Positions 27,677 through 37,355 of a DNA stretch of 44,770 bases are shown here, piece by piece. Each line of letters begins with the position of its first letter. Position 1 is the stretch's first letter. The stretch is from an uncultured bacterium (GTDB lineage: Bacteria; Fidelibacterota; Marinisomatia; SCGC-AAA003-L08; D37C17). The stretch is taken from positions 1 to 44,770 of the forward strand of contig CAYFHL010000001.1 of assembly GCA_964342955.1 (NCBI GenBank), in the 5' to 3' direction. The position numbers and the translations under genes are program-made. The notes beneath the pieces are model-generated. The model searched no databases and was not told the DNA's origin. It was given only the letters and a program-made list of their open reading frames with translations.

Positions 27677-28473
27677 ATTAAATCCCTAATTTTTTTAGTA
27701 TATTTATGAGCAGAGTTTATTACATCATTTAAACTACCGCTACCCGCATAGAGAATATCTCTTGATACATTAATGATTCCAATACCATTCTGATTACCTA
27801 ATTTTACTGCATGCTCTAGATCACCTCCTTGATTACCTATACCTGGAATAAGCCAAGATAAACCTTGTGTTTTAGTTCTTAATTTTTTTACTTCATTATT
27901 ATGTGTTGCTCCAATAACTACTCCAATATTATTGTTTTTATTAATTTCTACGGCTAAATCACAAACTTTTTCATAAATAGGCACTCCATTTGAAGATACA
28001 CCTTGAAACTCTAATGCACTTGCATTAGATGTAAGGCCTAAAATAAAAACTCCTTTTGAACTATCATTGGTAAAAGGCAAAATTGTATCTCGTCCCATAT
28101 AAGGAGAAACAGTAATTGCATCACATCCCATTTTATCTAGAATTGCAATTGCATATTGTTTAGATGAATTTCCAATATCACCCCTCTTTGCATCAGCGAT
28201 GACCAAAGCTCTACCATTAATAAAATCTACAATTTTTTCAAGCATTATATAACCCTTGGAACCAAATCTTTCATAAAAAGCAAAATTAGGTTTATATACA
28301 GGACAAAAATCTATAGTTGACGCTATTACATCTTTTATGAAACATTCTATTCCTAAAATAGATTTATCTTGTCTATGAGGCATTTTTTCAGGATCAGGAT
28401 CTAATCCTATGCAAAGCAAATTACTTTTCTTAGAGCAAATTTGTTCTAATCGTTTATTAAAAGGCAATTTCAT
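27673..28473 (-). CDS. pyrF: orotidine-5'-phosphate decarboxylase
   Basis: 266 aa. LCIGLDP, YKPNFAFYE, IADAKRGDIGNS, PGIGNQGGD. Confidence 0.9.
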   Translation of the reverse strand: MKLPFNKRLEQICSKKSNLLCIGLDPDPEKMPHRQDKSILGIECFIKDVIASTIDFCPVYKPNFAFYERFGSKGYIMLEKIVDFINGRALVIADAKRGDIGNSSKQYAIAILDKMGCDAITVSPYMGRDTILPFTNDSSKGVFILGLTSNASALEFQGVSSNGVPIYEKVCDLAVEINKNNNIGVVIGATHNNEVKKLRTKTQGLSWLIPGIGNQGGDLEHAVKLGNQNGIGIINVSRDILYAGSGSLNDVINSAHKYTKKIRDLM

Positions 28474-28574
28474 TAATATAAATTTAGTAAAATTACTAGT
28501 TTTTTGGAAGTGATGAAAATTTATATTTTTCAGTTTGGTATAGATTTTTACAAAAAGTAAATTATATACTTACT

Positions 28575-29138
28575 ATGGAACAACTTTTTCTTAACATTGG
28601 TCAAAATTCAGATATACAAGTTATTGCATCTAGTGCTTATAATTTTAGAATTGAATTAGTAAAAAAGGTCGGAAAAGATGATATTGCTAATCTTATAGAA
28701 GTCTCTTCTGGAATGGCAAACATTTATGGGAAACAAGCATTACTAAACAAATCAAATATACCAAAATATTTTAATAATAAGACTTTGCCATTCGTAGCTA
28801 GATATAAAGGTGAAATCATTGGATATATAATTGGAGTTCCTTTAGAATATTTCAAGAAAGATTCATGGGCACATTTTGATATAAATCTTGGCAAAGAAAA
28901 TACATTGTATACATATGCATTTGTTATGAACCAAAAGTTTCAAAAAAAAGGTGGATATGCAAAAACTCTAAAAAAAATCTACATAAATTGGGCAAAAAAA
29001 CAAAAATATAAATATATTACTGGACATGTTGCTCAAGGTATTGCTAAACGATTTAGTAATAATACAGAAATAGTAAAAGTATTTCTTAATTGGTATGGTT
29101 TAAAAACTCCCTTCGAATACTATCGACGTCCTCTCTAA
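28575..29138 (+). CDS. GNAT-family N-acetyltransferase (putative)
   Basis: 187 aa. IIGYIIGVPLE ... YTYAFVMNQKFQKKGGYAKTLKKI fits GNAT motif A (Q/R-x-x-G-x-G/A). Substrate unknown. Confidence 0.55.
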   Translation: MEQLFLNIGQNSDIQVIASSAYNFRIELVKKVGKDDIANLIEVSSGMANIYGKQALLNKSNIPKYFNNKTLPFVARYKGEIIGYIIGVPLEYFKKDSWAHFDINLGKENTLYTYAFVMNQKFQKKGGYAKTLKKIYINWAKKQKYKYITGHVAQGIAKRFSNNTEIVKVFLNWYGLKTPFEYYRRPL

Positions 29139-29205
29139 AAAATTATTACAAATTGTAAATAATATTATATAGAAAATTAAAATATTTTATACTAAGTTAC
29201 TATAT

Positions 29206-29742
29206 ATGAATAAAATAAAAAAAATATTATTGCTTTTGTCTATTTTAAATGCACTTATTTTTCCAGAATCACTTCAGTCTGTTTACGATAGCTCAGAACC
29301 TAGTAATGGTTATGATAACCACCTAATTTTAGATCCAAATATTTTGTACACTGGTGGAATTGGTATCTTTGAAGGAGATGTCTTGATCGATTGTAATGGT
29401 GCAATAATAGATTTAAACAACCAATCAGGTATTTGGGTGTATGCAGATAATCAAACTCCAGCTAGCTTAGATATACAATACTGCAATATTATTAATGGAG
29501 AATATTATGCATTAAGTTATGGCGGAACATCAACAGGATTAATATCTAATTGTAATTTGATAAGAAACGCTTATGGAATAAAGTTATTTGACAATTCATA
29601 TGTAAATATAGAAAACACAAATATTATAGATAATGAAATATATGGTGTTGCTATTTATAGCACGACACCAACTTGTATTATAAATTATACAAATAGTTGG
29701 AATAATGGTGAAGCTGATTGGATGGAAAATTGCCCTGGATGA
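29206..29742 (+). CDS. secreted parallel beta-helix repeat protein, N-terminal part, ending at an in-frame TGA
   Basis: Signal peptide MNKIKKILLLLSILNALIF. PbH1-type repeats (ISNCNLIRNAYGIKLFDNSYVNIENTNIIDNEIYGVAIY). Ends ...NSWNNGEADWMENCPG-TGA. Confidence 0.7.
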   Translation: MNKIKKILLLLSILNALIFPESLQSVYDSSEPSNGYDNHLILDPNILYTGGIGIFEGDVLIDCNGAIIDLNNQSGIWVYADNQTPASLDIQYCNIINGEYYALSYGGTSTGLISNCNLIRNAYGIKLFDNSYVNIENTNIIDNEIYGVAIYSTTPTCIINYTNSWNNGEADWMENCPG

Positions 29743-30111
29743 GGAAATATTTGGACTCCGTGGGAGCCCTTAAATGCTTTAGGTATTATTCATAATAATC
29801 CTCTTTTTATTGATTCACAAAATAATAATTTTAACTACCAAAGCAACTCACCATGTATTAATTCAGGGAATCCTAATCTTTTTGATCCAGATGGGACTGT
29901 GATTGATATTGGAGCTTTATGGTTTAGTGAAGATACTAATATATTAGGTGACTGCAATTCTGATGGAATATCAAATATTTTAGACGTAGTTTACTTAGTT
30001 AATATATGTATTATAAACTCAGATAATGCGTGCTTTTGTGGAGATTTAAATGAAGATGCTGTTGTAAATGTTCTAGATGTTGTAATTTTAATTAATCTTA
30101 TTTTATTATAA
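29743..30111 (+). other. in-frame continuation of the 29206 ORF past the TGA: conserved beta-helix-protein tail plus a dockerin-like module (track ORF 29899..30111 is its GTG-initiated end)
   Basis: No stop from 29743 to the TAA at 30109. The translation GNIWTPWEPLNALGIIHNNPLFIDSQNNNFNYQSNSPCINSGNPNLFDPDGTVIDIGALWF is the usual DPLF.D...SPCI.aG.P...DPDGT..DiGA tail. It is followed by GDCNSDGISNILDVVYLVN...GDLNEDAVVNVLDVVILINLIL. Confidence 0.65.
29749..29775 (+). other. predicted mRNA hairpin starting 6 nt downstream of the in-frame TGA
   Basis: GGACUCC (29753-59) / loop GUG (29760-62) / GGAGCCC (29763-69): 6 Watson-Crick pairs plus one A.C mismatch. Extendable by AUUU (29749-52) pairing with AAAU (29772-75) across a UU bulge. 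Paired by hand; no energy was computed. Confidence 0.4.
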
Positions 30112-31302
30112 TACTTCTCCAGATTTAATAATTCGGACAATTCTATCTGAATTCATCCAATATGGAATTTCATTAATATTTTTTATATTCCAGAACAATA
30201 AATCTGCTTGATAACCTTCTTTTATCAGACCAAGCTTATTATCTTTGGCTATAGCTTTTGATGCATTCCAAGTCACTCCTTTGAAGGCTTCTTCAATTGT
30301 TAGACCACAATATAGTACAGCTAATGACATAATTAGTGGAATTGATTGTATCGTACATGATCCTGGGTTATAATCAGTCGCTAAGGCAACTTCGCAGCCA
30401 CCATCAATAATTTTTCTACCAGGGGCATAGTGTTTTTCACCTAAAAACAAAGTCGTTCCAGGAAGCAATGTAGCAATCACTCCATTTTCAGCTAGTGATT
30501 TTATTCCTGAATCACTGATTTTCATAAGATGATCTGCTGAAACAGCATTTATTTCACCTGCAAGTTCAGCTGCATTAGAATGTTCAAATTCATCTGCATG
30601 CAATTTTGCATTTAGTCCATATAATTGTGCTGTTTTAAGAATTTTTCTTGATTCCTCAATACTGAAATAACCTTGTTCGCAAAAAACATCACAAAATGTT
30701 GCTAACTTTTCCTTTGCAACTTTTGGTATCATTTCATTACAAATAATTTCTATGTATTTAGAACGGTTATTTTCATATTCTTTTGGAATTGCATGTGCAC
30801 CCATAAAAGAAGGTACTATATCTATCTTACACGATTTTTGTAAATTTTTAATAACTTGCAATGATTTGATTTCATCATCTAAAGTTAAACCATATCCTGA
30901 TTTTGCTTCAATTGTAGTTGTGCCTTTTTTTATAAAATAATTTATTCTATTTAAGCTTTCATTATATAGTTCTTCAATAGAAGTTGCTCTAACATTTTTT
31001 ACAGTAGAATTAATTCCACCTCCTATATCTGCTATTTCTTTGTATGATTTTCCTGAAATCCTCATGCCGAATTCTTGCTCTCGAGAACCAGAATATATAG
31101 GATGGGTATGGGAATCAATAAAACCTGGAGTTATTAAATTATAATTTGCATCTATTTCTAAATCTGCTTTATCAACACATTTTGATATTTCAGATATTAT
31201 TTCATCTTCGATAAGAATCTCCAAATCTTTTTCTATACTTAATGAATTCTTTGATTTTGACCATGTAACAATAGATCCAATATTTTTTATTTTTATCTTC
31301 AA
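30106..31302 (-). CDS. hutI: imidazolonepropionase
   Basis: 398 aa. PGFIDSHTHP metal-binding motif, KLHADEF, ATDYNPGS. Directly downstream of hutU. Confidence 0.92.
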   Translation of the reverse strand: MKIKIKNIGSIVTWSKSKNSLSIEKDLEILIEDEIISEISKCVDKADLEIDANYNLITPGFIDSHTHPIYSGSREQEFGMRISGKSYKEIADIGGGINSTVKNVRATSIEELYNESLNRINYFIKKGTTTIEAKSGYGLTLDDEIKSLQVIKNLQKSCKIDIVPSFMGAHAIPKEYENNRSKYIEIICNEMIPKVAKEKLATFCDVFCEQGYFSIEESRKILKTAQLYGLNAKLHADEFEHSNAAELAGEINAVSADHLMKISDSGIKSLAENGVIATLLPGTTLFLGEKHYAPGRKIIDGGCEVALATDYNPGSCTIQSIPLIMSLAVLYCGLTIEEAFKGVTWNASKAIAKDNKLGLIKEGYQADLLFWNIKNINEIPYWMNSDRIVRIIKSGEVL

Positions 31303-32961
31303 CTATTTCTTAGGTATTGGAATATTTAAATTTCTATCTTTGGCAATGTTAACCGCTTTATTATAGCCGGCATCATAATGGCGAGCGACTCCTAAACCGG
31401 GATCATTTGTTAGAACACGATTTAATCTTTTTTGCATTTCAGGAGTACCATCAGCAACAATAACTAAGCCTGCATGAATTGAAAGGCCCATCCCAACTCC
31501 ACCACCATGATGTATTGATGTCCAACTTGCTCCACTTGCTGTGCTTAATAATCCATTTAATATAGGCCAGTCTGCAACAGTATCAGAGCCATCCTTCATT
31601 CCTTCCGTTTCTCTATATGGTGATGCAACTGATCCTGTATCTAAATGATCTCTTCCTATTACGATAGGTGCTTTTAACTCTTTAGATGCTACCATTTTAT
31701 TTATAGCTTCTCCAAATAGATTTCTTTCTCTGTAGCCTAACCAACAAATCCTGGCAGGTAATCCCTGAAATTTCACTTTCTTTTGGGCCATATTTATCCA
31801 TCTATGCAATGCTTTATCCTTAGGAAAAAGCTCTAGCACTTTAGCATCAGTTTTTTTTATATCTTCTGGGTCTCCGGATAGCGCAACCCATCTGAACGGC
31901 CCCTTCCCTTCACAAAATAGTGGTCTAATAAATGCTGGCACAAAACCGGGAAAGCTAAATGCATCTTTTACCCCACCATAGGTCTTAGCTTGACCTCTAA
32001 TATTATTTCCATAATCAAAAACAATTGCCCCTTTTTTACTAAAATCTAACATTGCATTACAATGATTTGCTATAGATTGAAAACTCATTTCTATATATTT
32101 TTCAGGATTACTTTTTCTTAATTTGAGTGCTTTTTGAAAACTAATTTTATTAGGAACATATCCGTTTAGTTCATCATGTGCTGATGTCTGATCTGTTACT
32201 ATATCTGGAATAAATCCAATTTTGATCATCTTAGGTAAAATATCTGCACAATTACCTAATAAACCAATTGATAAGGGTTTCTTTAAATTTTTAGCTTCAT
32301 TGGCCAGTTTAATTGTTTCATCCAAATCTAAAGAACATACATCTAAATATTTTGTTTCAATCCGTCTATTGATACGTTTAATATCAACTTCTACAGTAAT
32401 ACAAACACCTTCATTCATTGTTACTGCTAAAGGTTGAGCACCTCCCATTCCACCTAAACCACCTGTTACAGTAATGGTTCCTTTTAAAGTTCCATTAAAA
32501 TTTTGCTTTGCCAATTCTGCAAGTGTCTCATAAGTACCTTGCAATATTCCTTGTGTTCCAATGTATATCCAGCTACCAGCTGTCATCTGGCCATACATCA
32601 TTAAACCCTTTTTATCTAAATCTCTAAAATGTTCCCAATTAGCCCAATTAGGAACTAACATTGAATTTGAAATTAAAACTCGTGGAGAATATTCATGAGT
32701 TTTAAAAATAGCAACTGGTTTACCCGATTGAATTAAAAGAGTTTCATCATTTTCTAAATTTGAAAGACTCTCTAAAATTGAATCAAATGATTCCCAATCA
32801 CGGGCAGCTTTTCCAAGGCCACCATATACGATCAGTTCTTCAGGATCTTCAGCATTATTAGAATCTAAGTTGTTTTGTATCATCCTAAATGCTGCTTCCT
32901 GTTGCCAACCCTTACAATGCATTTTTGATCCTATTGGAGATTGAATATTTTTATATTTCAT
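31303..32961 (-). CDS. hutU: urocanate hydratase
   Basis: 552 aa. Urocanase blocks [52 protein letters not shown]. Confidence 0.95.
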   Translation of the reverse strand: MKYKNIQSPIGSKMHCKGWQQEAAFRMIQNNLDSNNAEDPEELIVYGGLGKAARDWESFDSILESLSNLENDETLLIQSGKPVAIFKTHEYSPRVLISNSMLVPNWANWEHFRDLDKKGLMMYGQMTAGSWIYIGTQGILQGTYETLAELAKQNFNGTLKGTITVTGGLGGMGGAQPLAVTMNEGVCITVEVDIKRINRRIETKYLDVCSLDLDETIKLANEAKNLKKPLSIGLLGNCADILPKMIKIGFIPDIVTDQTSAHDELNGYVPNKISFQKALKLRKSNPEKYIEMSFQSIANHCNAMLDFSKKGAIVFDYGNNIRGQAKTYGGVKDAFSFPGFVPAFIRPLFCEGKGPFRWVALSGDPEDIKKTDAKVLELFPKDKALHRWINMAQKKVKFQGLPARICWLGYRERNLFGEAINKMVASKELKAPIVIGRDHLDTGSVASPYRETEGMKDGSDTVADWPILNGLLSTASGASWTSIHHGGGVGMGLSIHAGLVIVADGTPEMQKRLNRVLTNDPGLGVARHYDAGYNKAVNIAKDRNLNIPIPKK

Positions 32962-32971
32962 ATAATTTTAT

Positions 32972-34162
32972 TTAAAATTGCTCCCCAAAAGCTTCTATGA
33001 CAGGCTTAAACCAGTCAAGATTATTTTTATGTGAATCATAAGAAAAAACGCTAACTCCTTTAAATCCATTTAATCTAGTTAATAATATTTTATCAGCTGA
33101 TGATTGTGCATCTTGATTATAGGTTGCTATGCCCATTATTATTTTATCTAAATCTTTTTCACCTAAATTATCTTTCATTATCAAAATAGAGTTATTAAAG
33201 TCTCTAATATCTTTAAAATAATTCATTGGAACAGCAAAATCAAGAAGGTCTTGTTTTAGCCATACACTCCAATCTTGGTACCACCTTGATTTTGCCTCTA
33301 AGAGGTTGGGCTTTACTGCAGCACTTAATTTGATTTTCTTATCCTTAGCATTAATATTAATTCTTAGAGATTCTACCAATTCAGTAACTGCATCTTGCCT
33401 GAACTTATTCCAACTATATTGCATCGAATCTACAAAACTTTGCTCCCATCCAAAGCGTGTAGAAATAATTCCTCTTGCTATATCACGTGGATCTATATTG
33501 TATTGCTCTTTAAACTTCTCTCGACCATACGGATTATATCCATAAAATTCATCTTGAAATCGAATATAATCTAAATGTAAACCATCAATATCATAACGTG
33601 TAATAATCTCATCAAAAATTGAACTTAAGTAACTATTAACTTCAGGGTGTAGAGGTGATAAATAAATTCCTTCCCATTGAGGTGATTGAGGAACAGATAA
33701 ATTTATTCTCCAATCCATTTTCCCATTAATGTCTGCTTCTGTCCATTCTTGTTTAGTATGATAAAGATGATCCTTATCATAAGGTTTCCATTTTGATGAC
33801 CATAATATATATGTATTTACCCAAGCATGAACCTCTAAACCTAATGAATGACCAACTTTTATTGCATAATCCAATGGATCAAAATATTCATCTATATTTT
33901 TTTGTTTATTAACTAATTCTGATTCATAATATGCATCTCCTCTTCCTCGAACTTGAGCAAATATAATATCATATCCTGATTCATAAGCATGTATCATTAA
34001 AGAATCAATGTCTTGTGAAGTCACCATTGATTCACGAACAACCCATAGACACCGTTGCTCTAAATTTGAAAGCTGACTCCATGAAAATTGAGCATTAAAA
34101 ACAAACAGGGCAAAAAATAAAATAGCCCTGTAATTATAAATAATTTTTTTAAAATAATTCAA
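32972..34162 (-). CDS. glycoside hydrolase-like family 10 (GHL10/DUF187, YngK-like) secreted protein
   Basis: TTG start, 396 aa with a signal peptide. RGRGDAYYESEL, GLEVHAWVN, DGLHLDYIRF are typical of the family. Confidence 0.7.
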   Translation of the reverse strand: MNYFKKIIYNYRAILFFALFVFNAQFSWSQLSNLEQRCLWVVRESMVTSQDIDSLMIHAYESGYDIIFAQVRGRGDAYYESELVNKQKNIDEYFDPLDYAIKVGHSLGLEVHAWVNTYILWSSKWKPYDKDHLYHTKQEWTEADINGKMDWRINLSVPQSPQWEGIYLSPLHPEVNSYLSSIFDEIITRYDIDGLHLDYIRFQDEFYGYNPYGREKFKEQYNIDPRDIARGIISTRFGWEQSFVDSMQYSWNKFRQDAVTELVESLRININAKDKKIKLSAAVKPNLLEAKSRWYQDWSVWLKQDLLDFAVPMNYFKDIRDFNNSILIMKDNLGEKDLDKIIMGIATYNQDAQSSADKILLTRLNGFKGVSVFSYDSHKNNLDWFKPVIEAFGEQF

Positions 34163-34179
34163 CTTCTAAATTATAAGTA

Positions 34180-34611
34180 TTATTTCTTAGAAACTTTTTT
34201 TTCCTTTTTATCATCATTAGGTTCTTCATCTTTACTAACTTCTGCAGCCAAATCTACAAACTCTATTAAAGACACTGAAGCATTATCATTTTTTCTATTA
34301 TTTAATTTAATAATTCTTGTATAGCCTCCATTTCTATTCTTGAAACTGGGTGCAATTTCGTGAATCAATATATTAGCTATACTTTTACTTAGTTTACCTT
34401 TAATATTTTTTCTTATGAGCCTTCTTCCATGCAAATTGCCTTTTTTTGCATAGGTGACTAATCTATCTATAAAACTTCTTAGTTCTTTAGCTTTTGGCTC
34501 AGTCGTTTTAATTTTTTTATGAACAACTAGCGAGCAAGCTAAATTGCTAAAAAGTGCTTTTCTATGACTTGCAGTTCTATTAAGCTTTCTTCCTCTTTTT
34601 TGATGTCTCAT
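34180..34611 (-). CDS. rplQ: 50S ribosomal protein L17
   Basis: MRHQKRGRKLNRTASHRKALFSNLA... canonical L17 N-terminus, with a Lys/Glu-rich C-terminal extension. Confidence 0.96.
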   Translation of the reverse strand: MRHQKRGRKLNRTASHRKALFSNLACSLVVHKKIKTTEPKAKELRSFIDRLVTYAKKGNLHGRRLIRKNIKGKLSKSIANILIHEIAPSFKNRNGGYTRIIKLNNRKNDNASVSLIEFVDLAAEVSKDEEPNDDKKEKKVSKK

Positions 34612-34618
34612 TTTTATC

Positions 34619-35596
34619 CTATTCTGTAGACATGTATTGTTTTATATCCATACCAAAATATAAATCAAGTTCACCTAATTTTTCTTGAAGTTCTGTTAAT
34701 GATTTTCGACCAAAGTTCTTAAACTTTAACATTTCACCTTCTTCTTTTGATACTAATTCCCCAATTGATCTAATACCTGCAGCCTGTAGACAATTGTGAC
34801 TACGTACAGATAACTCCATTTCATCAATATTTTTAGATAATATAGATTTTATTTCTAATGCTTCATTTATCTCTTCTGCATTAACAGGTTTAATAGATGA
34901 TGATTCATTAAACATAAAATATTTTAAATGTTCTCTAGTAATATTAGCTGCATGATTGATAGCATCTTTAGGAGATGTAGAACCGTCAGAGTGAACTTCT
35001 AACATTAATCTTTCATGGCCCTCAGTTGATGTAGCTATTGGCTGAACATCCCACCCTACATTTGTAATAGGATTAAAAATTGCATCTATTGGAATTGTTC
35101 CAATAGTATCATCTTGTCTTTTATTTCTCGCAGCGGGGGAATATCCTTTACCTCTAGATACTCTTACTTCAAACTCCAATGTTTTGTTTTCAGTAATAGT
35201 TGCTATATGATGATCAGGATTTAAAACATCAAATTGATTAATAATATCTGCAACATCTTTACCTGTAAATTTGCATGGTCCATGTAGTTCAATAGTCATA
35301 AGTTCTGGCCCTTCATCCTTGGCTATAAATCTTAATTCTTTAAGGTTCAAAATAATATCTGATACATCTTCCATAACACCTGGGATAGTAGTAAATTCAT
35401 GAGTTACACCATCAATTTTGATTGATGTAATCGCAGCACCTGGTATTGCAGTTAATAGACATCTTCTTAAACTATTTCCAATAGTCACACCATATCCACG
35501 ATCAAACGGTTCAGCAATTATTTTTGCATATGTATCTGTTTCTTCTATGCAATTAATTTGTATATCACTAAAAAATTTATTTTTTTCCATATTCAT
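34619..35596 (-). CDS. rpoA: DNA-directed RNA polymerase subunit alpha
   Basis: 325 aa. PFDRGYGVTIGNSLRR, and the C-terminal domain ELSVRSHNCLQAAGIRSIGELV. Confidence 0.96.
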   Translation of the reverse strand: MNMEKNKFFSDIQINCIEETDTYAKIIAEPFDRGYGVTIGNSLRRCLLTAIPGAAITSIKIDGVTHEFTTIPGVMEDVSDIILNLKELRFIAKDEGPELMTIELHGPCKFTGKDVADIINQFDVLNPDHHIATITENKTLEFEVRVSRGKGYSPAARNKRQDDTIGTIPIDAIFNPITNVGWDVQPIATSTEGHERLMLEVHSDGSTSPKDAINHAANITREHLKYFMFNESSSIKPVNAEEINEALEIKSILSKNIDEMELSVRSHNCLQAAGIRSIGELVSKEEGEMLKFKNFGRKSLTELQEKLGELDLYFGMDIKQYMSTE

Positions 35597-35609
35597 TACC
35601 TTTATTTAT

Positions 35610-36221
35610 TTATTTAGAATAGAGCTCAACGATTAATTGTTCTTCAATTGGTTCTGTTATTTGTTCTCTTTCAGGCAAATTATTAAAAATACCACGAAGT
35701 TGTGCTTTATCTAATGTTAACCAAGGAGTAGGATGATCCCCTTGAATTCTTCGCATTGATTCTAAAAACATTTCTTTCTTTTTACTCTTCTCTCGTACCT
35801 GAATAACATCACCCTCAGAAAGCAAAAATGATGGAATATTAACTATTCTATTATTTACCATTAAGTGCCTATGACTTACTAATTGTCGAGCACTACTTCT
35901 TGTTGGAGCAAGCCCTAATCTATATACTGTATTATCAAGACGCGATTCTAGCATTGTTAACAAATTATGACCAGTTGGACCCGTTTTTTTTACAGCTTTT
36001 CTAAAATAAGTTCTGAATTGTTTTTCTAGAATACCATATAAATATTTAATTCTTTGTTTCTCTCTTAGCTGAATACCATAATTTGATAACTTTCGTCTTC
36101 TTGATTGTCCATGCTGACCAGGTGGATAATTTTTTCTAATATTACCAAATTTGGGTGATTCAAATGCTGCAAATTCTAATCTTCTACAAATTTTTGCTCT
36201 TGGACCTGTATATCTTGCCAT
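35610..36221 (-). CDS. rpsD: 30S ribosomal protein S4
   Basis: MARYTGPRAKICRRL..., S4 domain LESRLDNTVYRLGLAPTRSSARQLVSHRH. Confidence 0.96.
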   Translation of the reverse strand: MARYTGPRAKICRRLEFAAFESPKFGNIRKNYPPGQHGQSRRRKLSNYGIQLREKQRIKYLYGILEKQFRTYFRKAVKKTGPTGHNLLTMLESRLDNTVYRLGLAPTRSSARQLVSHRHLMVNNRIVNIPSFLLSEGDVIQVREKSKKKEMFLESMRRIQGDHPTPWLTLDKAQLRGIFNNLPEREQITEPIEEQLIVELYSK

Positions 36222-36230
36222 AATATTTTC

Positions 36231-36614
36231 CTAAACTCTTCTTTTCTTCGATGGTCTACAACCGTTGTGTGGGATTGGCGTAGTATCCATTATTGCAGTA
36301 ACTCCTAAACCTGCAGAGCGTAATGCTCTTACAGCAGCTTCTCGACCACCACCAGGTCCCTTGACCCTTACTTCTATTGATTTTAAACCTAATGCTAATG
36401 CATCTTCTGCTGCTTTTTGAGCTGCCTGGGTTGCTGCAAAAGGTGTACTCTTTCTAGAGCCTTTAAATCCTAACATACCAGCGCTACACCACGAAATAAC
36501 ATTACCAAATTTATCAGATAGAGTTACAATTGTATTATTGAAAGTCGCCTTTACAAAACCTATTCCATCAGGATCGACTTTAATTTTTTTCTTTTTACGT
36601 TTTATTTTTGCCAA
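36231..36614 (-). CDS. rpsK: 30S ribosomal protein S11
   Basis: [14 protein letters not shown]..., [26 protein letters not shown]. Confidence 0.96.
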   Translation of the reverse strand: MAKIKRKKKKIKVDPDGIGFVKATFNNTIVTLSDKFGNVISWCSAGMLGFKGSRKSTPFAATQAAQKAAEDALALGLKSIEVRVKGPGGGREAAVRALRSAGLGVTAIMDTTPIPHNGCRPSKKRRV

Positions 36615-36632
36615 TTATTGATCTCCGTATTA

Positions 36633-37007
36633 TTATTCAGCTTTTCTCTTGCCTGAAATTGTCTTTTTCTTTCCTTTTCTAGTTCTTGCATTATTCTTAG
36701 TATTTTGACCTCGTGTAGGCAATCCACGCCTATGCCTAAAACCACGATATGCACCAATATCCATTAATCTTTTAATATCTCTTGTTGTCTGACCACGCAA
36801 TTCACCTTCAACAGAAAAATTATCACCAATAGTATTTCTTATTAATAATAGCTGTTCTTCTGTTAATTTATTTACCCTTAGGTTTGGATCAATTCCACTT
36901 AATTCAAGTATTTTTTCAGAAGTTGTTAAACCTATCCCATAAATGTATGGAAGAGCAAATTTTATTTTTTTATTTCGGGGTAAATCAACCCCTGCAATAC
37001 GAGCCAA
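36633..37007 (-). CDS. rpsM: 30S ribosomal protein S13
   Basis: MARIAGVDLPRNKKIKFALPYIYGIG..., YRGFRHRRGLPTRGQNTKNNARTRKG. Confidence 0.96.
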   Translation of the reverse strand: MARIAGVDLPRNKKIKFALPYIYGIGLTTSEKILELSGIDPNLRVNKLTEEQLLLIRNTIGDNFSVEGELRGQTTRDIKRLMDIGAYRGFRHRRGLPTRGQNTKNNARTRKGKKKTISGKRKAE

Positions 37008-37017
37008 TTATATCCTC

Positions 37018-37131
37018 CTAACCTTGTCTTTGTTTATGTTTTGGATTGTCACATATCACTCTTAACACTCCATGTCGCTTAATTATTTGACATTTATCGC
37101 ATATTTTTTTTATTGATGCACGTACTTTCAT
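37018..37131 (-). CDS. rpmJ: 50S ribosomal protein L36 (below the ORF-track size cutoff)
   Basis: The minus strand translates to [37 protein letters not shown] (37 aa, C-x2-C...C...H zinc ribbon). Lies between infA and rpsM as expected. Confidence 0.93.
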   Translation of the reverse strand: MKVRASIKKICDKCQIIKRHGVLRVICDNPKHKQRQG

Positions 37132-37136
37132 AATCT

Positions 37137-37355
37137 TTATTGATACCTATATGTAATTCTACCTCTACTTAAATCATATGGAGATAATTCCATTTTAACT
37201 TTGTCTCCTGGTAATATTTTTATATAATGCATTCGCATCTTACCTGAAACATGAGCTAGAACTTCATGACCATTTTCTATCTTAACACGGAACATTGCAT
37301 TTGGCAATGTTTCTGTTATTTCTCCATCTACTTCTATTGCTGGTTCTTTCGCCAT
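37137..37355 (-). CDS. infA: translation initiation factor IF-1
   Basis: 72 aa. [41 protein letters not shown]... Confidence 0.96.
   Translation of the reverse strand: MAKEPAIEVDGEITETLPNAMFRVKIENGHEVLAHVSGKMRMHYIKILPGDKVKMELSPYDLSRGRITYRYQ

Noticed and set aside
28485-28498. Perfect 14-bp palindrome TAGTAAAATTACTA just upstream of the pyrF start. A second one, TTACAAATTGTAA (29146-29158), lies upstream of the beta-helix gene. Both could be operator sites.
   Set aside because: Short all-A/T palindromes are expected by chance in AT-rich intergenic DNA. There is no second copy, no associated regulator gene, and no known motif match.
9571-29742. Genome-wide TGA reassignment (code 4 Trp or code 25 Gly) as the explanation for the in-frame TGA at 29740.
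   Set aside because: TGA ends pilM (9571-73, ATGA overlap with pilN), dsbD (24335-37) and pyrF (27673-75, overlapping the pyrE GTG) at positions consistent with normal C-termini and next-gene starts. All other long ORFs, including every ribosomal protein, are intact under the standard code.
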